A DNA stretch of 54,038 nt, from NCBI GenBank assembly GCA_023231475.1, contig JALJEE010000877.1, positions 1 through 54,038 of the forward strand, read 5' to 3'. The notes beneath the pieces are model-generated. The model made no database searches, was not told where the DNA came from, and saw nothing but the letters and a program-made list of their open reading frames with translations. Position 1 is the stretch's first letter. Every line of letters begins with the position of its first letter. A program made the translations under genes and the position numbers. Positions 23,373 through 40,151 of this stretch are shown piece after piece. The stretch is from Seison nebaliae (Eukaryota).

Positions 23373-26300
23373 ATGTTTCTCATGTTTCTTCTGCAGTCAA
23401 TTGTTGGAGAGATGTACTCAACCAGATTATGGTAAACAATCAATTAGAAGGTTTAATATTCTTAACAGTTCCCGTCTATTCTACAAATTGATCTATTACA
23501 GAATGAAGGTTGATTATTAGTTTTGTTGAGAAAGTTTTATTAAAATAAAGTTTTCGAAATGAAATTTTTCAAACATTGTACTTTATTTAGTACAAAATAA
23601 ATATTTCAAGTAAACGTCATTTGGGGGAAGATCATTTCTTAATTGATGATCCAATAAGATGATGTAAGATGAATTGGAAGAAGAGATAGGTAGACGCGAT
23701 TCGTTGGACATAAAAATTAATATTCCGTAAAATAAAACAAATAAAAAACTTATCGATTATACCAGAACATTAATGGTAATGAAAGTTATCTTTTGTGATA
23801 GTTAATCATTACATTTATTTCTTACAATTGTTCGAACATTCCAGAGCGTTCATTAACCTTCTTCAAAGCATTCCTTCCCAATCCTTTGATGGAACAGAAT
23901 CCTCTAGTTAATAACATATAACGCAGTGTACACATATCTACTTATGTGCAATAAAAATAGTGAACATTTAAACCAAAAAAAAATGTAGATTAAAAGAACT
24001 TATCATAGACATAAGTGCCCTTCTTCTTCATATAAACTTTTGGTTGAGGTAGAAACGTTTTAAAAAAAAACGTAGAAAATTATCGAATTGAACATGAGGA
24101 ATTCGATTAGTTAGTTACTCAGTTATATTAATTGTTGAGGCAAAATCTGCCTAATACTACCTTTCATACACAATTCTCATACATTTGTTCAGATTTACAT
24201 ACGGACTCTCAAACTACTTCCATCAAAGAATATACCTCTTACAATGATACACATCGCACACTATTAACACGAGAACAGTTAGCATCGTTCCAACGCCACC
24301 AACAAACTGAAGATGCAATAATATAATAGATGATAATTGTTTTTGTTGCTTTTTCATATTTGTGTTTTACGAATAAGAATAACCTATTTGTAGTAACACG
24401 ACGTAATCTTAGATGTATAACTAAACGACGAAATGATGTTTTAAACTTGAAATAAAGAACTGAAACTTTTTCATTACGAGAAGAATATAGTGAGTTAGTC
24501 GAACAGATATTCACCTTCATTCAAATTTCTAATTTAATTTTCGGAAAATGGGGCAAATTTACCCGCTTAAAACTGGATTGTTTTACTCGCTTTTTGAAAA
24601 GTTCGGACAATTCTACTCCTTACCCTAAAATTTGGGACGGACAATAAAATTGGATATTTTGTGTCTTATTTTCTTGACTGCGAATATTTAGTGCATTTTC
24701 ACCACCCTTTATCTGCATAACCATCAAATAAAAATTAAACATTATCGCACAATTTAACTCACATAATAATCACATTATGTTGTTTTGGGGTAATCCACTG
24801 TATATAATTCGAACAAATAAAATTATTTAAAAATTGAGAGCATAAAGCTTTCAATAAACATCAAATTTCTTATGTACTGATTGTAGTTAAGATACTCCAC
24901 TGACAGTAACGAAGAACATTCAAAGTATAGACGTTCTATAATACATGGGACCGCAGTAAAGCACAGACACAGACTAGAATACTTAGCACAGACTACGATG
25001 TCTAGTACAACCCATTTTCCTCGACACCCTTCATTCCACTAATGCAACAAATACACCATAAAGAAATATTTGTCTAACTCAAAGAAAAAGTCAAAATTAT
25101 TCCGTACGTGTTTTATGATTAACATCGAAGTTGGTGGTATACAACTTAATGAACAAGTCTTATGCTGATTTAAGATCGGGTCGCAGCCTATAAAAAGAGA
25201 AGTAACAAATTTTGGTTTCAATGAGAAACATCTTCGACTGGGAGTCATATAGCTACAATATTTGTGCTGCAATCCCTATTTGTACCCATAAAAACTACCA
25301 AAACATTTCGCATGGAACCTACCAGAGGGATGTATATTTTTCTTAAACATTCGTTCGTAGTTAATGCTAGATTTCTTCCATTAATACGTATACCATTAAT
25401 ACCATAAGTTTCAATTTTGGACAAAAGGGTTTAGATATCAATTGAAACTAGATAATCAAATGGATATTATGCAATTGAAAACGCGTTAATGTACGTAAAT
25501 ATAAAACTTGTTCAATACAAATTGTTGATTAAAGGACTGATTAAACGGAAGAATTTAAACCCTATATGGCCAAGGACTAAAAATAGAAAATTCTTTTGGG
25601 TACATTGAAAATAGCATCCGTCAGCATACTTAAATTTATTTAATTAGTAATAATATTAGCATTCAATTTTAATTTTGTTTATAACAAAATCAAATCCCCT
25701 GAGGACAATTGAAAAAAACAAATAACAATCATTGAAAAATTTTATTAATTTGCTAATTAGTTTAATTATCATAAATTTCGCTCGATTATTAAATTTAATC
25801 CACTACAAACTCATAGCTATCATATTATGAGTGATATAAATTATTAGTACTTATTATCATTACAAGGAAAAATTAATTTTTCTGAATAAAATTGTCCGTG
25901 GACGGAAAAAGACTAATTGTTGACTACCAGAAAATATGAAAATTTTAATTATTTTCAAAGTACATCAACTATTGAAAGTCAGAAAAAACGGAAAATTGTC
26001 CTTATAATTTTAAGAAAGAATGTTAGAAATGTTGAGAACCAAGAGAAAAGGATGCATTAGCTATGCTATTTTTGTAAAATTTGAAATTTTCATAGGAAAA
26101 AAACGTGTAAAATAGGAAATACTTACAACCCAAAAGAAAAGAATAAAATTATAGGAATTTTTCAAAAACAGGTAAATCATCTCGATCTTGGAGTTAAACG
26201 CACTCTTTTTTTATTTATCCATAAGAATAACTAACTAAAGGGAAGAACTGTCCCCTAATCTATTCAATTGAATCTATAATTCATTTGGTTTTTAAAGTGG

Positions 26301-28910
26301 AAATTATTATTGCTGAAATAGAATTGTCAAATTAATTTAGAGAGTTTACGAAGAAGAATATCGATTATACAAATTGTTCCATGAATTTTCTTTCACATGA
26401 CAATATTTGTTCATGTTATCTGCATTAAAATTTGACGAATTCGAAAATTATTTTTATAGCGGAAGATGTAGTGGTAGAGTAGTAAATAACGTAGATAAGT
26501 CTGTTTCTTGTAGGTATAGTGATGAAATGGTGTTACGGGATGAGATTGTGATGAAATGACTGAACGTTTATTTAACTGCGTATGTAAATAGGAGTAAATG
26601 TATCAAGTTGCAGGATATAGATAGGAGAAAGAAGAATATGAAAAGTTGAACGAAAGAAAAGTTAATGCAAATGTAATCGTCATCGGCGATAAAGATTACT
26701 ATTCGAAACATTTCAATTTGAACGATTAACACGAGTTTGATTTCACGAAAACGAACAATGAAGGAAAGGAAATTTCTTCTTCTTTATCAATCAAAAACTT
26801 TTTTCCTATATCGAACTCGACTTACCAAATTTCCAGTTTTTGACTTCTTCTTACATGTCTCTCTCAATCAATATGGCTTACGTCAGAACCATTAAAATCC
26901 TCTAATGATGTAGATCAACAAAGGAACTAATTTGCCAATTAGCTAGATCAACATTAATTCATAAACTTTTTCTTTAATGTTTCTTCCTAAACGATTATGT
27001 CATTCTGTTTGCGAAAAAAATTGAGAACAGTTTCCTGGATTTTCATTCTAGACGTTATGAGATCAGAAAAATGATTGAGGAAAAAATGAATGTAAATATC
27101 ATATGTCCATTTTGTTTGGAAGGGAAGTCTTCAACGTTCGTTTCATTCTCCTTCCATTTTCCTCCATTTCCCTTATACAATTAACTAACGTAAGTGAATT
27201 TAGATAACTGGAGTAATAAGTGTTCTTATTTCGACATTTGAAGGTCATTATGATCTCAATTATAGAGCGTCCATCTAATCTACTTCATTATTACTTATCT
27301 GGCACTTACTAAGTTAAAGACTGTGCTCAAGCCAAAGTTCATTCGTTAATCAACAAATACACATTTATTTATTAACGTAATGATGTATAATTTTATTCTA
27401 ATAAATAATTCATTCTATTAATCGTTATTCAATTGGGAAAATACTCCATCGAACACCATTAATCGATATCTTATAAATTTAATTAAATCAAGCCATGATT
27501 AATTATCAGCAAACCGGACCGAATTTTCGCCTATTAAAATCCGACATATGTTTTCTGTAAAAAATTTGTCTGATATTTCAATATCAGTTTATTCCGAAAC
27601 ATCCGCTATTTTTTCTCTATTAATATACTACGTAACGTGCAACACATTGGTTGATTGAATTCATCTATCATAATTGTCATGCTAAAATCAAATTCTTGAT
27701 AAAGTTCTATGACTCCAATTGTAATTGTAAGACATTTTAAAGAAATATTTAAGAGACTTATTCTTAATCCAAAAAGATTAAGAATTTCGAAATATTAAAA
27801 ATTCTAATAATTTTCTAATTCTTAATAAGATTTCCATTGAATATATTTGTAACTTAATATTGATATTATGGATGTTATTAATAAATATATTTAATTATTC
27901 AATTAAATGAATCCATTCAAATTAACATCTAATATGAGATATATTGAACAATTTTAGTAATCGTTCTTTTCATTTCCTATTTCATTGAGAAGAATTACAT
28001 AAAATGAGTACGAAGAAAATAATTAAGCGAGAAAAATAATCAATTAAAGATGGAAATGTTAGAAACTATAAATGATAATTTCCATTGATACTATATCAGT
28101 TTCATATAGAACGAAAATCGGAAGATATTTCCCGAACATTACCACCACTCTAATTACTACCTCCTTAATAATTATTGTTGGCGAAACAGGTCGGCAAATA
28201 AAGAAGAAGAAGAAGAAGAAGAACGAATGACGAAGCATTAACTAGTAAGAAAGAAATAGCAATTGAAGAAATATTAGAAGGAATTTTCAAATATTTATAG
28301 AAGGAGCCATCAATATTCCATTTAAAACAATCGTTGATGGGAAAGGAAGACGTTATATTTTGTAAATATTGTATTTCCGTTTCACGTAAATTTTTGAAAA
28401 TTACCAGTACTAATTCCACAATCAAAAATTAGGGAACTTTAATTGTCGTCATAAAATACTATAAAACCATTTAAAATAGAGAAAATGAAAGTTAAAGAAT
28501 ACAGAGAAGTGGCCAAATATCAGTTGGGGCAATTGTCGTAGAACCATTTTATTATCTTATGGTTCCAATTAAAATCAGATTTTATTTTAAAGCGAATGGA
28601 GAGAAATGAATTGAGATATTAGTATATTTGCAAATTTATTGACCGAATAAAAGAAATCGTACAATTAGCCGGTGGTATGTTTAATGGTTAGGATGACGAT
28701 TTAGTTGATCATTTATCGTTCATCGTCTGAACGAATAACGAATGATGAATTAATCTGCTAAGCGAAATCCGAATATGTATATTTGTTTGAAGAAAAAACT
28801 ATTGAACATTTTATTACAACGAGTACGAATATGATAAATAAAATGAAATTAAGTGAATGTTCATTGTATTCTGTTCAGCGGCTTGTATTCTCCGTCATCT
28901 TCCCCATTGA

Positions 28911-30224
28911 TCATATCATCTGTTGTTTGAAAGAATTGAAATTTTTTTTTAATAGTCTTCCATATGATTCTTCTGCTGACTTCACTAATTGTACGTAATA
29001 GGTTTCCGAATGTTTCAAATTAGCTAATAAATCAATTTGACATAGGCAAACATCATTAAACAATGTATTCATAGTATTCTTATCAGCTGATAGGTATTCA
29101 TGGTTCTCATCACCATCATCATCACCATCATCATTATCCTCATCTTTATTATTATTATTCTTCTTCTTCTTCGTCTGATTATTATTAGCGGAACAATTTT
29201 TATAATTATTAACATAATCGTTTCTATTCTGAGCCATACGCACATGAACAACACAATCGTCGTCTAAACAACGAATATTATCATCAAATATGATATGATG
29301 AATATGTTGATGGTATAAGTTCACCCAAATAGGTTTGGAATATCGATAATCATAATGATGAGATTGCCACCAATCGAAATTATCTTGAACTGCGATGACA
29401 CAATTGGTGAGTTTAGAGAAGAATTTATAAATTGCTTTGTCGCCACGAATGATTTGGTTGTTGAAAGAGATGGAGAAGGTGCCTTTATCGTCTATCTGGA
29501 ACTTGCCTGGTTTCTTCACTATATCCAAATTGATATCCTTTAAATCCGGGAATTCTGGGTGTTCACCCAACACAACTCCTTCCAACACATTCAACATTTT
29601 AACTGAATCAATACCAAAAGTTCGGAAAACGATGGCATATTCCCTCTTCGTATTCTTCAAATATCGGATTAGATGGAGGAAGGAAGGTAGTAGGTTGTGA
29701 TAATGTTTTTTCGGATCTTGAGTACTTTGTAATGTAGCGTTTGTCATCAAATTATCATGATTCCATTGGGCTAACTTTAAAAATTGTTCATAATATGGTC
29801 GGAATATTTCACCTGGTTCACCTTTATTCGTAAATTGGGCTAAGGCTTTGCGTAATTCGGGTCTGTCAGCTGGTTTCCTACAAAGATGTGTCTCCAAATA
29901 TCGATAATAACTACGATAATGTGCCTTATAGTTGGGTGACTGGAGAGATAGTTTGTCGCTCGCCCACTTCCAATTCCTTTTGATTTCAGCCAAATGTTCT
30001 TCTGTGCATTTATCATTCTTATTTGATTGATCTGTATCGGGCGGATCGGACAACGACGATTCACCCCATGTCACACCAGCTAAATAAACATTGACAGCCA
30101 TTTCAGCTGTCGTACCAGTTTTCGAACCGGTTAGTGCTACAGTATTTCTTATGTCGAAATAGAGAATAAGTTTACGATTCTGCTCATGATTCAACTCATT
30201 CGATTCTTCTTTTAGCGAATTCAT
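28911..30224 (-). CDS. Uncharacterised conserved protein, HAD-like fold suspected; intronless, 437 aa
   Basis: Long ORF with motifs RKLILYFDIRNT, LLPSFLHLI...YAIVFRTFGID, AVQDNFDWW...KPIW and HHIIFDDNI, arranged like HAD motifs I, II and IV. From memory it resembles the zebrafish si:dkey-32e6.3-like family (not searched). Confidence 0.75.
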   Translation of the reverse strand: MNSLKEESNELNHEQNRKLILYFDIRNTVALTGSKTGTTAEMAVNVYLAGVTWGESSLSDPPDTDQSNKNDKCTEEHLAEIKRNWKWASDKLSLQSPNYKAHYRSYYRYLETHLCRKPADRPELRKALAQFTNKGEPGEIFRPYYEQFLKLAQWNHDNLMTNATLQSTQDPKKHYHNLLPSFLHLIRYLKNTKREYAIVFRTFGIDSVKMLNVLEGVVLGEHPEFPDLKDINLDIVKKPGKFQIDDKGTFSISFNNQIIRGDKAIYKFFSKLTNCVIAVQDNFDWWQSHHYDYRYSKPIWVNLYHQHIHHIIFDDNIRCLDDDCVVHVRMAQNRNDYVNNYKNCSANNNQTKKKKNNNNKDEDNDDGDDDGDENHEYLSADKNTMNTLFNDVCLCQIDLLANLKHSETYYVQLVKSAEESYGRLLKKNFNSFKQQMI

Positions 30225-31085
30225 TTGTCTTTAAATCATGCATTAAATAATGAAATTTTATTGAAACTATTTCCTTCTTTTCTTCTATTTAACTGAAACA
30301 TTTATTTATTCCACTCTACGTATCACCATTTCCATGGAAACTGAGAACAGTTACCTTGTCACCATATCGAAGGATAAATAATAATTTTTATTTTACCAAT
30401 TCGCCAAGTAGTAAGCGAACAAGAAAATTCATTGGATTCAAGGACAAATATTCACAAAATTGCCATCAGATGCCCAATTTCCAGATTGAGAATGGAAAGT
30501 TCACTCTTTCTTCTTCCTATTTCGATATGTGACATCACACGGACGTTGTAGAATTCCCAACTCACGAAAACGTCGGCTAATTCTTCAGTATGTCGCTCCC
30601 AGAAATTAATAGAACTGTAATACACGAGTGAAAATGAGACAAACAAATAAATTTCTCTTATTTTCTCTATCTTTTCTATCCAATTTTATTACTTAGAAAC
30701 TTATCCACAAGCAGAAATTAGTTAATGAATAATTTAATCCTTATTGATTTTCTTCTCGAAATATTTATGTATAATATGCCATCACAATTTAACGTACGTC
30801 ATTTCCATGCCCATCATTCATAACAGGGATCAAATTCTGATTATCACACTTAATTCCTTCATATTTCGCATGATTTATTATCTAACTTCTCCATCATCAA
30901 TTCACTAATTAGAAATTTCTGAAAAATGTCTTAATTATAGGTAAGTGATCAATTAAAAAAAACTACTTTACATTTATAGTATTGTGAAGGATGTCAGCCT
31001 TTCTGGTTCTGGAAAGAAGTAGATTTTAATGGTAAAAATGAAAGTTTCGATCGTAGTATGAAAGCGAAGCTTCCCAATTAGAAAA

Positions 31086-31453
31086 ATGGCTGAAGAAAAG
31101 ATTGTGGTGGAGTATGCGGATGAGGAGAAGAAGGTTCGTGGACGTCCTTGTGATGCGTTAAGATTCGAATTGAAACAATGTCTTATGAACACCGATTGTG
31201 TATTGAAAGTTGGTTGTATTGATTTGTTATTTCTCCATTAAATTTTATGATTAAGAAAAATTATTTACCGGATGAATGTCTGAGAAACAAGAATTTACGG
31301 CCACTCGTGGACGATAGATGTTTCAAATTGGCCAATGCTTTATTCGAATGTAAAAGATCGATCGTTTATTTTCTTTTGTCATTTTTAATCTTTCTTGTCT
31401 TTTTTAAGTTGGATATGCGTTCTCGGTTTCGGGGGAGAAAAGGAGATCAATAA
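31086..31453 (+). CDS. COA5: Cytochrome c oxidase assembly factor 5 (Pet191 family, twin CX9C-like), 3 exons, 91 aa
   Basis: Exons 31086-31208, 31256-31363, 31409-31453 give ...RPCDALRFELKQCLMNTDCVLK|KNYLPDECL...CFKLANALFECKRSI|LDMRSRFRGRKGDQ, matching the COA5 C-terminal FECKRSxLDxRxRFRGRKG motif. Confidence 0.93.
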
Positions 31454-31694
31454 CTACGAACGATTTATATTTTTTATTAAATTAAATGTTTTCCATCTTT
31501 CATCTATCAGAAAGGAAAAATGTTTATAATGATGTTTTGGAGCATAGCTCGATAGAAACTATCCATTCTCTCATTTCGATAAAAAAAAAAGAAGAAAGTT
31601 GAAAAATGTTTAGATTGTGGAAGGTAGTGATGCTTGGAGGGGGCAAATGATGATAAGCATTCAATGAAATAACAATAAAGTCTGTCCAAGTTCG

Positions 31695-33611
<1,917 letters not shown>

Positions 33612-34367
33612 CTATATTGATATATATATCACAACTCCTTCGGAATAATAAGAACACCGCAGTGAACTACGAACGAAAGATGATCATACAGAAATAGAAA
33701 TCTTGGATAAAAATCGAATGAAAATTAGAAATAAAAATGTTTAAATTAAAATCAAAATTTCTATTTCACAGTAATTTATACGAAAAAGATGAAGAATCAG
33801 TTTAATTTAATTAATCATTTCAATTCAACTTTGCATAAACAATGAAAATATTTATAAATAAAATTCTTGTTAGGCATTAAAAATCGTTTTTTCTAAAATA
33901 TTCTCGTTTCTTTTCTTTATATCGAATCCCAGCGAGTTAAATTATAAACCAAAGAAAGATAACTTCTTATAGGAGTTATTTTAATTAAAATTTCTACCTC
34001 TCTCTTAATATAATTCTTGGGTCGGCAGGATCATAGGAAGTAATGCTGAAATTCTATGTCAACAATAACGCATCATCTATTGATTGAATAATAAAGGTGG
34101 AAAAACTAAACAGGTGACGAAAACCCATTGTATTGTGCTTACGTCGCAAAGTCGATGGAAGAGTCGAGCTGCGAACAAAATTAACCACTTTCAAATATCT
34201 CTGCACCAGGTGAATTGGCCAATCTTGAACATAAATACTCTATTGAAATGATCACAACAATATTATATGTACGATTAAGGCATTGTAATGACTTTTCGTT
34301 ATTCGAGAGACACAGTGGAAACTCATAAAAACCCCAATAATAACGGACAAGCAACTTAAATTTCAAT

Positions 34368-34660
34368 TTAAGAAATAAAAATTTGCAAAAATCGATGATT
34401 TACTAATGAAATCAATAATGATCTTTTGCATTGACTAACATTATTCGAATCAATAAGAATGTCATCCGCATATGTTATAACCGCAGGAAAGAAACCCAAA
34501 CCAACTTTAAATGAGAATAATCGATTAGATTCAATAACAATTACATTTATCACTTTTAACCAAGGAGCGAGAATACATTCTTGTTTAACTTATGTTTTTT
34601 TTTCCAGAACATATGGAAGTTTTTCGATCCATCTTTTACTCCACGGAAATAATTAGCGAA
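34368..34660 (-). mobile_element. Degenerate non-LTR retrotransposon reverse transcriptase fragment
   Basis: In-frame VKQECILAPWL (decayed GVxQGxxLSP) followed by VITYADDIL. A stop and a frameshift lie upstream. Confidence 0.75.
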
Positions 34661-37600
34661 AACTTCATTCCTAAATGAAGGAGAATAATCATCAATTCTT
34701 TCATTTGGTATTATATCCGTGTTTGGTACATGTTCCATATTAGCAGAATTGAAAATTACGTGTCTATTATTATTAAATCTATTATTAATAAGAAGTAATA
34801 CAATTTATTAGGTATTAATTATAAATTACGTATTTATAATTTAGAATACGAGAAGAAGATAGCCAATGAAGAAATATAATATCGAAACGAAGAAATTAGT
34901 GAATTTCTTACTTCCATAAAATTGATACGATCGAAGTTGAATGAAGTGAGATCGAACAACTTCCACTATGAGCAGCATCAACTTTCATTGATGCATTGTC
35001 GACGGGAGGACTGTTATGAGAAATATTTACTGTTACCTCAATCGAGGTGTAACACTCCATTTGTTACATATCCATTCAGTAAATTCATTTTTCCTGATTC
35101 CATAAAAGGATTTTTGAACAGACGAATTAACATGACCAATTGTCGCCATTCGTGAAGTTTCTTAAATGAGTTTCTTCATTCTTTAAAACTAACAATGAAG
35201 GAGCATCCGATGTCGTTACTATTATTACTTCACCAATAATTTCCCATTTCTTAGGAAAGGATAGACGAAAATTCCGTTCGATTTCGTTCTGACTTTAATT
35301 CTTGTTCTTGTTGAAAAACAATATTCGTGGTCATTTCTCTTTTTATAAAACAAAAGTTTCTGGTTACATAAATACGTAAAATTTGTTGAATTTTTTCATT
35401 ACGTTCAAATATAATCTCATTGTAACCGACAGTCCTACGCATAATAATCATAATAAATTATAAGGAAGATAGATAAGTAGTTGGTAATTGTTGTTTGTAG
35501 GGATTGTATTCCTCTTTTAAGGCTTTAGTCCCATCCTATTCGGATAATCACTCTTTCAATTATATTTCTTCTTCTATTGAATTGAATTGGATATCATTCA
35601 AAATTTAGTAGTTTTCGTTTAGTTGTTAGGACAAGAAACTGAAAGAACAGAAACAACAAATTGACTAATATGTTAAACGGAAATATTATTGTCATTCATA
35701 TGACTTCGTTTCCAGTTTTATCTTCATTGAAGCGAATTCAACGTATTTAGCCAATGGAACTGTTCGACAATTGTCAACGAAATATTAAATATTCTAATTT
35801 CCGACAATTGCTTCTGTTAATACTGATTTACTTTTCTCATTAAATGCATTCCGCTCAAATCAACATTCAGCACATGGTGAAATAGATGAGATAGAAAATA
35901 ATAGACAGGATCACAAAATAGCATCGTATCATCCGGAGAGCAAAATATACATTCAAACGGCGACAACATTTATCGCTCCCGTATTTCCTCGTATTTTCCT
36001 CCCGACCATATTTCTTGCCCGATATTTTCGTCCTACGACATTTCGTTCGAGTTAAAATGGAACGTCGTTAAAATGTCCGAGAATGGTTTTTTTTAAAGAA
36101 TACCAAGTCGTAAAGAAGACTTCGAAGGAAAAGTCGTGAAAGATAACTTTCCTGAGAAATGAATCATCCCTATCAGAATCATTAACTACAAAACTATCAA
36201 TTGAGGTTCATATGTCCTAAAATTTACATGCTTATAAGAATATCATTCCATTTCCTGCCAGCAACAGACGGCAGGTTTGCCAATCAGATATCGGTAATAT
36301 ATTTTGCTTATTTAAAGGTAATTTACCATTTGTTGTTAGTACCCATTGAAGATGAGCTCCAAATAATAATAGTCACGGAACTGTCCAATCTCCGAATTAT
36401 CGAATTTGAGAATTTTGAAATCTCCGAATTCTCCGTTCTTCATTTTTCAATTGTTTCCTAACAATTTGAGTTTATAAATTTCCTTCCTCTTTAAACATTA
36501 ATTTTCTTTTTTTTTCATTTTTTTCAGTAATATTTTATTGTTCAATTGAGTTCACAGGAGGATAGGAAAGAGGGACGAGAGAAATGAATTTCGTGAAAAA
36601 ACATTGGTTCCCCAATTCCCTAAACTGCCTCACCTCCATTAATCCATCAACATCAATCTTATCGTATTGATAAATGAAGAAAAAAGGAACATCTAATTCA
36701 ACTTATCACGTATTATCTCCGTCATGTGTCATTGGTCAACTAATTTATTAATAAATTCATTGAAACTTGACGTTCATCTAGTATTTCTTTAGGAGAGTAT
36801 TTAAGCAGATGAATTGGAAGAAATCTAAAGAGGAAAGTGAATGAAAAGAATTGAAAAAAACTTAAAATGCTAAACATCTAATTCATCCTTGTACGTATTT
36901 TAGTGAGGTGATTCAAATGATTGGAATTGATATACATAATTGATTGTATGATAAATGTATGTTTAGGGCGAATAGAATTTGCACAAATTTCTCAAATGAA
37001 TCACGTCGAATGAGAGAATTAATATGCGAGTAGGTGTAACACCATTAGACGAGGCGACAAAAAGAAGATTAACGAATGCACAGAACTACATCCGTCCAAA
37101 GTAAATATATTAGTATTCTTATTATTTTTCCTACTTTTTTCTCTATAATATTGGAGTAATGTAAAAATATAAGTGTATTCATTCTCTTATAGATCGTACC
37201 GTGCCGAATCATTAAAGAAAGAGATTTCGTCCTCATTTTCACCCGAATCCCCATCCTCCCCTTCCTCCACTATTTATTCGCCTTATAATATTTATCGAAT
37301 TGATGTTAATTGAATTGGATGTATTATATTATCGATAGAAAAGTGGGAAGGAATCGCGACCAATAAACACGACAGCGAGAATCCGGCAGTCACAAGAGGG
37401 AAATGTTTAATAGAAATTATCGCGCATTTATTTCATTCCAATAAGTTTCTTTCCCAGAAAACTGACGATTAGATGTTGATATTAGCTATTTTCATTTTAC
37501 TCTCTCCAACAATTTTCGTTGAACTTATATAAACATGATATTTATCTATAACATTTAGTCCAACAATTATTATAAGTATCAAACCAATTATACCGTTAAA

Positions 37601-40151
37601 CATATTCCTAAATATTACATTCGAATAGCAAGAAAGAATATTTGTGCAACTTCCTTGGAATGTCAGTTTCAACTGAAATATTTTCACATAAATCTGGCGC
37701 ATTTTCACACACTTTTTTGCAAGTTGTCGTTTTTCAAGACCGGTACCTGGACAGATCACAAATCATTTTCCACTTAATACAAATGAAAACGGTACACCAA
37801 AACGAACACTTGAACCTTTTCGAATTGAAAAAAATTCAGATTGGGTCTATTAATAGATAATTAATATTCCTTTATTCCACAAATAGCATATAAGACAAAG
37901 GTAAACCTGATTGGGAAAATGAAAAGCTTTATTTTTTTGCCCAAATTTTGCTTTTAATTTCTACTCCCAATTTGCTTACTAATAAAATAAATTAATCGAA
38001 AATTACTTCATTTTTTGATATTGGGCGAATTCTTAATTACACATAAAAAGCTTCTTCGTAACGCTAACCTATGCTCCATAATATATACATGGGGTCTATA
38101 TTGAAGTACCTAATATGTATACATAATACAGTTTCCGAAAAATTGTCGCTAAACTTCATACCGTTTTCTCCTGTACCTCCTTCCTTTGTATCAATTCCAT
38201 ATCTCTTTAGGTGGACACTCAGGTTCCAAAGAGAAAGATATGAAGCGAGATAGCTCCACAGGTTGAACGTAAAAGCATCTAATCGGTCGTACAATCGTTA
38301 ATGAAGATGTTTCTGAATTGAAATGATTTGAGTTTGAATCTTAATTCCAAATGATACGAATAAAGTAATAAAATGTGGGAATAGAAAGAGCTGATTGGAT
38401 GAATATATTGATGTTTAATGATCGATCCTTATTCTTCATTCGATGAAAAAGATAACGTCAAACATGAAAGTAAGATATCGACGGAGAATCGGTGCGATGT
38501 TTCATCTATGAACTATTTCTTCATTTCAAATGATAATTAAAAGTGCAGCTGGTTCGTTCTCTTCAAATGACAGCAATATGAAAGCATGAAGGTGAATGAT
38601 AGTTTTAGAAGAAATATTCATTTTCTACTTTTTCTAATTGGAAAAGGCATCACATAATACTGGCATGATAATAAGACGTTTGAAAACATAGGAGAATAGG
38701 AAGTAAAATTATTTCTTTTTCGAATGAAGAAGAAAATTATTTGTAGATTAATTAAAAAGTGCGAAATTGCCCAGATGGCTAGATATTGCTAGAAATAAAC
38801 AAAATTCTCGTAATTCCTCAGTAAATATGGATTGGAAATCTTAATCGAATTGGAAGGAAAGAAGAAGAAGAAAGATTTGATCGAAGACTTATGAATTGTC
38901 GGACTATGGATAAATGGATCTTTGTGTGAGTATAAACATAAGAATGGACTGGATGACTTATTTATTTAAATTGTTCTATTTGAAGATAAATAGTCAAATT
39001 GACGGAAAATAGATATGAATAACTTGAAAGAAAATTGTTTGTATTTTATCTACAAAGAAGTTAGTTGGTGGGAATGCTGGGTGGGAGAGGGTAGATGAAC
39101 AAGTGCTGTACAGATTAGTCCATTCGGGTGTGATTAATAACATTGTTTCAATTACAAATGCCGCATATTCTTATCACCATCACTATTTCGATAATATCGA
39201 ATATTCGAACAGTACGAATATGAGGTGGTTCAGTCAGCATTCACATTCATTGATTATTACTCATACTTTCACTTGCATTCAATTTATTAGTCAGTCAGTC
39301 ATCGAATGAAGAGAAACTTAATTTTGAAGATATTAAGAAACTAATTTTTCCCATCCCATCCTCCCCCCTCTCTTACATTTATTTTCCTTTCAATTGATGA
39401 TGTTTGTTTCATCATCGGCATAAAACTTACCTCTTCTTTCTTCTTAATTCAATTGAATTTCGTGTTTTGTGTAAATAATCGAACTGATTGATATTGCAAT
39501 TAGATGAGATGGACAATCGTATCGACGGCTGTAAATCAACTTGATGATTCTCTTCAGATACGAATAGGAAAAAATAACAAATCATCTCATACATTCCCCA
39601 ACGTTTTACCATCGCCACTCCAACTGCATATACGTAAGACAAATAAGATTCATCTCTTTTAACTCCTTTTCCCCATATCATTCCGCAATCCAAATCATTA
39701 ATAAAGATCGAGAACATATGACGGTACAATTAGCGATAAGAACTCGCCGAAATAAAAACATATCTTCTCCTTTCCAACTGATCATTAGGTCTTATAATTA
39801 TTCATTCTATCGATGAAAGCACCAAAATCCCAATAAACTGTACCGTTCTCTATTCCTCTCTCTGCTTGTTCATACGCCAACTACATTTTCAATTTCAGTT
39901 CAGGTGACTGAGACAATTACTTTATCATTATTAGATCATTAACTACACACTACTAATGTGCTCTGCTAATAAATGTTATAATTTGTATTTAAAAAATCGT
40001 TTAATATTTCTTAAACGATGGAATTTGAGTAAAGGGATTGAGCGAAGGTTAATTTTCTTCTACTATCCCCCGATAAAAATGAGCACACAGCATCTGACAA
40101 TCAACTGGTTCCTTTCCATTTACACTTAATAACCTTCCGGCTTTACAATTT

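Noticed and set aside
28667..28745. tRNA-like 5' half (GCCGGTGGTATGTTTAATGGTTAGGATG)
   Set aside because: A-box-like only; no T-loop (GTTCRA), acceptor-stem pairing or anticodon arm that I could fold.
30941..30979. Possible 39-nt GTAAGT...TAG intron in the COA5 5' UTR
   Set aside because: No reading-frame constraint to test it, and it is shorter than any supported intron here.
35975..36140. Short degenerate CGAC/GTCG-rich repeats resembling transposon ends
   Set aside because: Too degenerate to define boundaries or a family.
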